A stretch of DNA of 28,750 nucleotides from positions 1 through 28,750 of IMG/VR virus record IMGVR_UViG_3300030372_004814; one strand, written 5' to 3'. The DNA is from a virus. Lineage: Duplodnaviria; Caudoviricetes. The position numbers and the translations under genes are program-made. Of the stretch, positions 8,842-16,473 are shown piece by piece (position 1 is the first letter of the stretch; each line of letters starts with the position of its first letter). The notes under the pieces were generated by a model. The model did no database searches, was not told the origin of the DNA, and saw nothing but the letters and a program-made list of their open reading frames with translations.

Positions 8842-10395
8842 ATGATAGGGAGACTTTTAAAATTATTATTACTAGGTAGATATGCTGCTGAGGGATCAGA
8901 TTCTATAATAGATAATCCATCAGAGGAGATATATTCTTTTGTAAATACAAGAGTATATCCTGAATATAAGCCTCAGGCTACTCTATATCCAGCTATTATA
9001 TACAGTATTGATAGTACAGATCCTGATAAGGTAAAAGGAGTACGATCTCCTAATAATGTTATAATATTTGATTTAATGGTATTATCTAAGAGTTATGCTG
9101 AATTAATACAGCTATCTACATTAGTTATTAATCAATTACATAGATATAAAAACTCTTATAATAGCTCTGATTCTACTGGTATAGGATTTGGTACTCCTAA
9201 TCCCTTAGTACCATATAATTATGGATTTTATAATCCACCATCTACAGGAGATATACAATATATGGGAGGCTTACAGATTCAGGCTTTAAATTTTAAAAGT
9301 GGAATAGATACTTTTGATGATAAATTAAAAATATATAAAAATTCTTTAACATTTGAATTAATATACATAGATGATTTATCAATATGGGGAGCTGATATAT
9401 TATTAAAATTTACTGATTTGAATTTAATGGCTACTAATATTAATAGTACAGATGATCCATTATATACTCAACCTATAGCTCTCAATCAGGGAGTAAATTA
9501 TTTATATACTACTAATACTCTAAAATTTAAAAATGAGACTATTAATCCTGATACTATAGATGATATAGGAGCTGGTATAGGAGGTTATTATAATTATTTT
9601 TATGATCCATCTTTTACCAGTAATACATATAGGCCTACTATTAAAAAAAGTATAGAAAATCCTCCTCAATATAATAGTAATAACTATTTAGAATGTGGAT
9701 TAAATAAATATTTATTAAAAAATAATAATAATGTTAAAAGAAAATACTCAGAGGTTACTTTTTTTTGTGTAGTAGAATTACCTGGATCAGATAGTACCTC
9801 TACATCCTCATCAGTATTATTTAAAGATAGTAATAGTACTAATGATACAGGAGGTATATATTTTTTTACTGAGGTAATAGGAGATCCAGCAGCAGGAGGT
9901 ATGGTAAAATTTAACTCAGGAGGTATGGCTTTAGAGGAGAATGGAGGAGGTATTACTCACAGAGGATTTGGTTTTTTTGGAGGTTTAGTAAAATGGCCAG
10001 CATTTGGATTAAATTTAGATTTATCTATGGAAAATCCATTTTATTTTTCTGTTAATTTTAAAAGATCAGAAAGTAAGACAGATTTATCTGGACAGTATGA
10101 ATGGATTTTATCAAGTGGAGGAGCTGGAGATAGAAATAATTATACAGACTGGTTAGATGTTTGCTCAGCTTCATCAGATGGATTTGAGGATTATTTTTTT
10201 ACTTTTGAATCTATACATAGTGATATTGGTAGTTTTGATACTAATGGATCAGGTACTTTTGATATGAATGGTAATATAAACATATATGATTTTGTTCTAT
10301 TCCCTGAGTTTTTAACTTTTGGGAGTACTAAATATTTACAGGTAAAAAAGCAAATAATAGAAAAACATAATTTATGGGAAAGAACAACTTACTAA
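8842..10395 (+). CDS. Tail terminator-like (DUF3168-type) N-terminal domain fused to a ~340-aa beta-rich, putative ConA/LamG-like domain (paralogue 1)
   Basis: N-terminal VNTRVYPEYKPQATLYPAIIY...SKSYAELIQLS is typical of tail terminators and occupies the expected slot. The long C-terminal extension ends NIYDFVLF...IIEKHNL. Confidence 0.65.
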   Translation: MIGRLLKLLLLGRYAAEGSDSIIDNPSEEIYSFVNTRVYPEYKPQATLYPAIIYSIDSTDPDKVKGVRSPNNVIIFDLMVLSKSYAELIQLSTLVINQLHRYKNSYNSSDSTGIGFGTPNPLVPYNYGFYNPPSTGDIQYMGGLQIQALNFKSGIDTFDDKLKIYKNSLTFELIYIDDLSIWGADILLKFTDLNLMATNINSTDDPLYTQPIALNQGVNYLYTTNTLKFKNETINPDTIDDIGAGIGGYYNYFYDPSFTSNTYRPTIKKSIENPPQYNSNNYLECGLNKYLLKNNNNVKRKYSEVTFFCVVELPGSDSTSTSSSVLFKDSNSTNDTGGIYFFTEVIGDPAAGGMVKFNSGGMALEENGGGITHRGFGFFGGLVKWPAFGLNLDLSMENPFYFSVNFKRSESKTDLSGQYEWILSSGGAGDRNNYTDWLDVCSASSDGFEDYFFTFESIHSDIGSFDTNGSGTFDMNGNINIYDFVLFPEFLTFGSTKYLQVKKQIIEKHNLWERTTY

Positions 10396-10396
10396 A

Positions 10397-11896
10397 ATGA
10401 TAGGGAAAGCTATATATAAAATTTTAACAGAGAATTTACCAGCTCATTTAACTATAAAAAATGGAGGAGTATATCCTTTGTATTTTATACAGGATTCATA
10501 TACAGTAACAGGATCAGGAGGTTATCCATTTTCTACATATCCTCAAATAGTATATCATACTTTTACAGATCCTATATTATCAAAAGATACATTACCTAAT
10601 ATGAATTATGTAAGACTAACTATGCAGGTAGTATCTCATAAATATATAGACATAAATACTGTAAGTAGTCAGTTAAGAGATGTATTAGATCATTATGTAG
10701 ATAGATCCTCAGCTGGATTAGCTGGAGTACCAGGATATAGAGAAAATGGTAATTATCATAATTTAGTATCTAATGTAGATATACAGCATATTTTTTACCA
10801 GGAGGAGGAGGATGAGTATTTTGATAAAATTAAATTATTTACTAGGAGGATAGAGTATGATGTATATTATTATGATGATATTATAAAATATGGATATGAT
10901 AAGGCTGGAGTATGGTTTGAGCAGGATAGGACAGTATCTAATCCTTTAGCATTATGTTATGATTTTACTCAGGTAGGATTAATGAGAAAAAAAGATTATA
11001 CAAATAATATACCTGATTATGCTGGTAAGGTTATTAATGGAGGGGATGTATTTTATACTTTTAATAAGCTGGGAAAAACAGATTATCAAAAAATTAATAC
11101 TTTTAATACAGGATCTACTAACGAAATATTAAAAGAATATCTTGAGACAGATCATGCTAGTAATATGCCTGTATATTATGATGGAGTAGCTGATAATTGT
11201 AAGCCATATTTATTTTTTCAGAATAATAGTAATTTAGGGATAGTCAGTCAATCTCAGATTAATAATTATCCTAATCAATTATTTACTCCTTATGGTTTTA
11301 TGATTGTTATGGTTTATAAGCCTGTTAATTCATGGAGTGAAAATTATCTAATGGGTAGTAATTCTGAATCTCAGCCTACTCCATTTTTAGTATCTCATAG
11401 TAAATTAACTGATGGGATAAAAATTAAGTGTAGGTATCATGGTCTCTCTTTTAGTGGATCTCCAGCTGAGTTTACTATAGTAGATGGAGGTACTGATTCT
11501 ACTAACTACTGGGGAGGAGATTATCATTTTTTATGCTTATCTTTGGGGGGTAGTAAGGCTTATACTGGAGGTAGTAGGAGTTATAAGGGATGGTTTGAGT
11601 ATTTTAATTCTAACTATAATCCTAGACTAACTACAGGACAGATTAGTTATAATAATAAAATATTAGGAGATTTGAGTGTAGAAACTGATGCAGCTCCTAA
11701 TAATGAGTATTATACTAGGATAGGGAGTGTAGATCAAACATCAGCAGGATTTAGGATGTATGAGATGTTATTATTTACTCCTCCTGAAAAAATTAAGAGA
11801 GGATCTAATGTAGATGATCCTCCTTTTCAGCCTACAGATATATTATATAAAAATATAAAAGATTATATATATAGAAAATATGAATCATTAAAATAA
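10397..11896 (+). CDS. Tail terminator-like N-terminal domain fused to a ~340-aa beta-rich, putative ConA/LamG-like domain (paralogue 2)
   Basis: MIGKAIYKIL..GVYP..YPQIVY..KY..VSSQLRDVLD..IQHIFY; C-terminal RMYEMLLF...YIYRKY parallels the preceding gene. Confidence 0.65.
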   Translation: MIGKAIYKILTENLPAHLTIKNGGVYPLYFIQDSYTVTGSGGYPFSTYPQIVYHTFTDPILSKDTLPNMNYVRLTMQVVSHKYIDINTVSSQLRDVLDHYVDRSSAGLAGVPGYRENGNYHNLVSNVDIQHIFYQEEEDEYFDKIKLFTRRIEYDVYYYDDIIKYGYDKAGVWFEQDRTVSNPLALCYDFTQVGLMRKKDYTNNIPDYAGKVINGGDVFYTFNKLGKTDYQKINTFNTGSTNEILKEYLETDHASNMPVYYDGVADNCKPYLFFQNNSNLGIVSQSQINNYPNQLFTPYGFMIVMVYKPVNSWSENYLMGSNSESQPTPFLVSHSKLTDGIKIKCRYHGLSFSGSPAEFTIVDGGTDSTNYWGGDYHFLCLSLGGSKAYTGGSRSYKGWFEYFNSNYNPRLTTGQISYNNKILGDLSVETDAAPNNEYYTRIGSVDQTSAGFRMYEMLLFTPPEKIKRGSNVDDPPFQPTDILYKNIKDYIYRKYESLK

Positions 11897-11900
11897 AGTT

Positions 11901-12152
11901 ATGTATAAAGTTAAATTAATAAAAAATAGTGAGTATGGTAAAATGGGAAAATATATGAATCCTATGGATAGGGATTCTTATATTAGTCTATATAATGCAG
12001 GATTAATAGAGGATGAGCATAATTTAATAAAAGATAAAACAGAGAAAAAAGCAAAAGACAAAACAGAGAAAAAAGCAAAAGACAAAACAGAAAAAAAGGA
12101 CTCAAAAAATAAAGATATTAATTTAAAAATAGATAATCATGGCGATAATTAA
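11901..12152 (+). CDS. Small Lys-rich hypothetical protein with tandem KDKTEKKA repeats
   Basis: 83-aa ORF between the terminator-like and tail-tube genes. Confidence 0.7.
   Translation: MYKVKLIKNSEYGKMGKYMNPMDRDSYISLYNAGLIEDEHNLIKDKTEKKAKDKTEKKAKDKTEKKDSKNKDINLKIDNHGDN
12030..12101 (+). repeat. 3 x 24-bp in-frame tandem repeat
   Basis: AAAGAYAAAACAGARAAAAARGMM units at 12030, 12054 and 12078. Confidence 0.9.
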
Positions 12153-12576
12153 TGGTACTAATATGGTACTTAAAGTAGATGATACAGCTAGTTATACTGG
12201 AGAAAATATTATAGGAGCTGCTACATCATGTACCTTAAATATAACTACAGATGTTAATGAGGTTACTGATAAAAGCTCTGGAGACAGGAGAGAGTATATA
12301 GGCTTAGCTACTTCTTATACTATAGATGCTGAGGTATTTTATAATGAAACTGAGACTGTTAATGCAAACACTTTATTTCAGAGGATGTATGGTAATAGTA
12401 CAGCTTCACAAAATGGAGTAATACAGTATCCTACTAAAGTAGATTTTACTTTTGATTGTGGTACAAAAGAATATTCAGGATCAGGATTTATTTCTTCAAT
12501 GAGTATAACAGGAGGTACTGAGGATGCTGGTACTTATTCTATAAGTATTCAAGGATCAGGGGAATTAACTGACTAA
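12139..12576 (+). CDS. Major tail tube protein (TP901-1-like), paralogue 1
   Basis: INGTN..L, IGAATSCTLNI, TDKSSG..REYI, YSGSGFISSMSI, TYSISIQGSGEL. Confidence 0.88.
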   Translation: MAIINGTNMVLKVDDTASYTGENIIGAATSCTLNITTDVNEVTDKSSGDRREYIGLATSYTIDAEVFYNETETVNANTLFQRMYGNSTASQNGVIQYPTKVDFTFDCGTKEYSGSGFISSMSITGGTEDAGTYSISIQGSGELTD

Positions 12577-12601
12577 TAATAAATAAATAAAATAATAAAA
12601 A

Positions 12602-13075
12602 ATGGCTGTTAAAACAATTTCAGGGAGTAATTTAATTTTAGGAGTAGATCTTACTGGAGGTACTTCTTTTACTGCAATAGGAGGCTCTACTGCTTGTACT
12701 TTAAATATTAATCAGGAAACTATAGACATCTCTAATAAAGGCTCTAATGGTAATAAAGAATTTATGAATGGAGCTAGGAGCTGGAGCATAGACTGTGAGG
12801 CTTATTTTACAGATGGAGATACTACATCTACTGATATACCTATTAGAGATGGAGATGGATCAGGAGGAGGCTCAGCTACTGGATGGTATCCATCTTTAGA
12901 GGCTGGTACTAAGATTAATGTACAATTTAGTACTACTACAGGACAGGCTGGAGCTACTAAATATACAGGAGATGGATATATTACATCTATATCTCTTAAT
13001 GGAGCTATAGGGGAATGGAGTACTTACTCTGTTAGTATTCAGGGTACTGGATCTCTAATAGATTCTGATGTATAG
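12602..13075 (+). CDS. Major tail tube protein (TP901-1-like), paralogue 2
   Basis: ISGSNLIL, IGGSTACTLNI, SNKGSNG.KEFM.GARSWSI, YTGDGYITSISL, TYSVSIQGTGSL. Confidence 0.88.
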   Translation: MAVKTISGSNLILGVDLTGGTSFTAIGGSTACTLNINQETIDISNKGSNGNKEFMNGARSWSIDCEAYFTDGDTTSTDIPIRDGDGSGGGSATGWYPSLEAGTKINVQFSTTTGQAGATKYTGDGYITSISLNGAIGEWSTYSVSIQGTGSLIDSDV

Positions 13076-13126
13076 GTAGGATAGTATTTATAATTTTTCT
13101 TTATATATTTAAAGAAAATTATAATT

Positions 13127-13471
13127 ATGCTTAATATTAAAACTATAGCAATAGGAGGTCAGATGAGGCCTATCCATTATGGATTTGCAGCTCTAGGGGA
13201 GTGGTGTGATCTATCAGGTATAAGTTTACAGGAGTTAAGTAAGGTAGGAGATAATTTATCTCTTACCTCTGCTATCCAGCTTATATATTGTGGATTAAAG
13301 CATGGCTCTAGGAGACAAAAAAAGGACTTTAATTATTCATGTAATGATGTAGCAGACTGGATAGATGAGGAGGGGATGGATATATTTAATGATGCTATGG
13401 AGATTTTTACAGAGTCTCTAGCTAAATTGACTCCAGGAGAAGAAAAAAAAAAGAAAGCAAAAAAGAAATAG
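13127..13471 (+). CDS. Tail assembly chaperone (lambda gpG-like)
   Basis: Lies between tail tube and tape measure; helical, with a Lys-rich C-terminus carrying slippery sites. Confidence 0.85.
   Translation: MLNIKTIAIGGQMRPIHYGFAALGEWCDLSGISLQELSKVGDNLSLTSAIQLIYCGLKHGSRRQKKDFNYSCNDVADWIDEEGMDIFNDAMEIFTESLAKLTPGEEKKKKAKKK
13447..13465 (+). other. -1 programmed ribosomal frameshift sites (two A_AAA_AAG heptamers)
   Basis: In-frame A-AAA-AAG at 13447-13453 and 13459-13465. The -1 frame is open (..KEIDHPDFEDLMGLALG..) into ORF 13492-13803. Confidence 0.85.
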
Positions 13472-13803
13472 ATCATCCTGATTTTGAGGATTTGATGGGA
13501 TTAGCTTTAGGCTTTTTAGATATGAGTTTAGAGGAGTTTTGGGATTTTACTCCTAGACAGTTACAGCTAAAATTAGAACATAGGAAAAACTATGAGGATA
13601 TGCTGCAAAGATTTGAATGGGAGAGAGTTAGATTTCAAACTACAGCTCTTATTAATAAGGACAGGAAAGCTAGCCAGCAAATAAAGCAAACTGATTTAAT
13701 AAGTTTTGACTGGGAAAAAAAATCTAAAATAAAAAATGCAGAATTAGAAAGGAGTAAAGCTATGTACCTAATAAATAAAGCTAATAAAAAAAATAAAAAA
13801 TAA
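13465..13803 (+). CDS. Tail assembly chaperone C-terminal extension (gpT part of the gpGT fusion)
   Basis: In the -1 frame relative to gpG; MSLEEFWDFTPRQL motif typical of gpT-like segments. Confidence 0.82.
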   Translation, partial: EIDHPDFEDLMGLALGFLDMSLEEFWDFTPRQLQLKLEHRKNYEDMLQRFEWERVRFQTTALINKDRKASQQIKQTDLISFDWEKKSKIKNAELERSKAMYLINKANKKNKK

Positions 13804-13809
13804 TTAATA

Positions 13810-16272
13810 ATGGGTACAAATAAGACTCTATCTGTATTTTTAAAACTTAATTCTAAGGCCTTTACATCAGGAATCAAAAGAGTAGAGGGCAAATTAAATA
13901 GATTTAGTAAGCAATTAGGCTCTATAGGATCATCATTAACTACTGGAGTATCTATGCCTTTATTAGGTATAGGAGCTGCTGCTGTTAAAACAGCCTCAGA
14001 GTTTGATGCTTCAATGACTAAGATTAATACCTTAGTAGGTACATCAGCTGAGGAGGTAGCTCAGCTAAGAGATTCTGTATTAGACTTAGCAGGAGAAACA
14101 GCTACAGCTCCAAAAGAATTAGCAGAGGGTTTATTTTTTATACAATCAGCTGGATTTAAAGGAGCTGAGGGATTAGAGGCTTTAGAGGTTTCTGCTAAGG
14201 CCGCCGCTATAGGTATGGGAGATATGACTTCTATATCTAATGCTCTTACTTCTATAATGACTGGTTATGCTGATAGTGGTATGACTGCTACTAAGGCTGG
14301 AGATTTATTACACGAAACTTTAAAGCAAGGTAAATTTGAGGCTGGTCAGTTTATGGATAAGCTAGGCTCAGTAATACCTACGGCAGCTGCTTTTGGTATT
14401 TCTTTTGAACAGCTAGGAGCTTCTGTTGCTACTATGAGTAAGCTCTCAGGAGATGCCGCTGGTAGCTTAACAGCAGTAAATAGATTAATGCTTTCACTTA
14501 ATGCTCCAGCTGAACAGCAATCTAAAATACTTAATAAAGTTTTTGGGAGTTATGAAAATTTGAGCAAAGGCTTAAAGTCTGATTTTATGGGTACTCTAAA
14601 GCAAATTTTTACAGCTTTAGAAGGTAATGATCAGGAGCTTATTAAAGTTTTTGGCTCAGCTAAGGCTGTTCAGGCAGCTTTTGCTACTGCTGGATTACAG
14701 GGAGAGACTTATACAGAGGTATTAGATGGTATGTATAAAAGCCAGGGTAATATAGCTCAGGGTTTTGATACTGTTTCTGATGAATCAGCTTTTAAATTTA
14801 AACAGGCTCTAAGTGATTTAACAGCAGCAGGTATAGAACTAGGTACTACTTTAATGCCTATAGCTACAAAAATAGCAGAGACTTTTAGTAATATGGCTAA
14901 TAAATTTAGCTCTTTAAGTCAAGAGAGTAGAGATAAAATAGTAAAGCTAGGGATGGCTCTAGTAGCTTTAGGGCCTACTTTAATGATTATCTCTAAATTT
15001 GTTGCTGGTTTTTCTATGATGATTAAAGCTATTAGAGTAGCTAGAGTAGCAGCTATAGCTTTTGGAAAGTCTATGTTTTTAATAAGTGGAATAGGTACTG
15101 TAATAGCTGGTATAGTAGTAGCTATAGGTTTTATAGTTAAACATTGGGAGATAGTAAAGGAGAAAATAGTAGGAGTTATTAATTATGTAATAGATTTATA
15201 TAATGAATCTCAAGCTGTAAAGGTAGCTATAGAGTTTATAGGATTTGCATTTCAGGCTGTATGGGAATTTTTTAAGCTAGGTATAAAAAATATAGTATCA
15301 TTATTTAAAGGATTAGGTAATGTAATAGTAGCTGCTTTAGATCCTAGAAAATCTGTAAAAGATGCTTTTAATGATATGGTATCTGATATAGAGGGGAATG
15401 TATTAGGATTTGCTGATAAAATAGTAGAAAATTATGATAAGGCTAAAAGCAATATAGATAGTAAAGAGCCTATTGAGTTTATTACAGCTGAGGATTTAGA
15501 AAATAAAGGTAAGGAGCTAGTTAATGGAGTAAAGAAAATAGCAGGAGATATGGCTGGAGCTGTTGAGGGAGTATTTGATGGCTTATTAGATGGAGGAGGA
15601 GGAGGAGATTTATCTTTTAATCCAGGAGATACTCCTACTTATAATGCAGACTCAGGAGGAGGATCAGGAGGAGACTCAGGGGGAGATAACTCAGGAGGAG
15701 GCTCATCTTTTGGAGAGAAATTTCAGGAGCATTTAGACAGTATTTCTGATGGATGGAGTGAAACTATTACACAGATGGAGGAGCAGGCTAGTAATTTTAT
15801 GTCAGATTTTGGAGAGGGATTTGCTGATATGGTAGCTACTACAATAGTAGAGGGAGGTAGTTTAAAAGATGCTTTTAAAGGTTTTATTAATGCTATGATA
15901 CAGGAGGTAATTAGATTAATAGTAAAGATGACAGTAATGAAAGGTTTAATGGCTATTATTAATCCAGGAGGAGGATTATTATCAGGAGCAGGAGGCTTAC
16001 TTAAAGGTATAGGTAAAGGTATAGGTAAAATTTTTGGATTTGCAGAGGGGGGAATGGTAGTAGGGCCTACATTAGCTATGGTAGGAGAGGGAGCAGGTAC
16101 TAATATATCTAATCCTGAGGTAATAATACCATTAGACAAACTTAGAAACATGATAGGGAATACTGGTACTGGTAGGCTGCATGGTAGTATATCAGGATCA
16201 GATATTTTATTAAGTAATCAGAGGAGTAGTATGAGCCAGGATAGAGTATCAGGCTCAGTAACAGATTTTTAA
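13810..16272 (+). CDS. Tail tape measure protein (TP901 core)
   Basis: 820 aa, Ala/Gly-rich helical; SLTTGVSMPL, FDASM, hydrophobic mid segment, FAEGGMV..PTLAMVGE..PEVIIPL near the C-terminus. Confidence 0.95.
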   Translation: MGTNKTLSVFLKLNSKAFTSGIKRVEGKLNRFSKQLGSIGSSLTTGVSMPLLGIGAAAVKTASEFDASMTKINTLVGTSAEEVAQLRDSVLDLAGETATAPKELAEGLFFIQSAGFKGAEGLEALEVSAKAAAIGMGDMTSISNALTSIMTGYADSGMTATKAGDLLHETLKQGKFEAGQFMDKLGSVIPTAAAFGISFEQLGASVATMSKLSGDAAGSLTAVNRLMLSLNAPAEQQSKILNKVFGSYENLSKGLKSDFMGTLKQIFTALEGNDQELIKVFGSAKAVQAAFATAGLQGETYTEVLDGMYKSQGNIAQGFDTVSDESAFKFKQALSDLTAAGIELGTTLMPIATKIAETFSNMANKFSSLSQESRDKIVKLGMALVALGPTLMIISKFVAGFSMMIKAIRVARVAAIAFGKSMFLISGIGTVIAGIVVAIGFIVKHWEIVKEKIVGVINYVIDLYNESQAVKVAIEFIGFAFQAVWEFFKLGIKNIVSLFKGLGNVIVAALDPRKSVKDAFNDMVSDIEGNVLGFADKIVENYDKAKSNIDSKEPIEFITAEDLENKGKELVNGVKKIAGDMAGAVEGVFDGLLDGGGGGDLSFNPGDTPTYNADSGGGSGGDSGGDNSGGGSSFGEKFQEHLDSISDGWSETITQMEEQASNFMSDFGEGFADMVATTIVEGGSLKDAFKGFINAMIQEVIRLIVKMTVMKGLMAIINPGGGLLSGAGGLLKGIGKGIGKIFGFAEGGMVVGPTLAMVGEGAGTNISNPEVIIPLDKLRNMIGNTGTGRLHGSISGSDILLSNQRSSMSQDRVSGSVTDF

Positions 16273-16287
16273 ATTAAATTATATATT

Positions 16288-16473
16288 ATGATAGATTTTA
16301 TACAATCAAATTTTTTAGAGTTATTAATAGCTGTTATGGCTTTAATAAAAGTAGTAGTAAATTTAACTCCTACTACTAATGATAATAAGGTATTTGCATG
16401 GATAGATAAGATTATAGATGTTTTTATACCTAATTATAATAAAAAAGGGAAAAAACATAAAAACTGCTGCTAG
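16288..16473 (+). CDS. Small membrane protein, holin-like
   Basis: 61 aa with an N-terminal hydrophobic helix, LTPTTNDN turn, amphipathic helix and basic C-tail. Confidence 0.6.
   Translation: MIDFIQSNFLELLIAVMALIKVVVNLTPTTNDNKVFAWIDKIIDVFIPNYNKKGKKHKNCC

Noticed and set aside
12030-12101. Mini CRISPR array
   Set aside because: The repeats are contiguous, in-frame and have no spacers; no cas genes.
13635-13892. Minus-strand 85-aa ORF
   Set aside because: Antisense shadow of the chaperone and tape measure genes.
15723-16151. Minus-strand 142-aa Pro/Ile-rich ORF
   Set aside because: Antisense shadow of the Gly-rich tape measure C-terminus.
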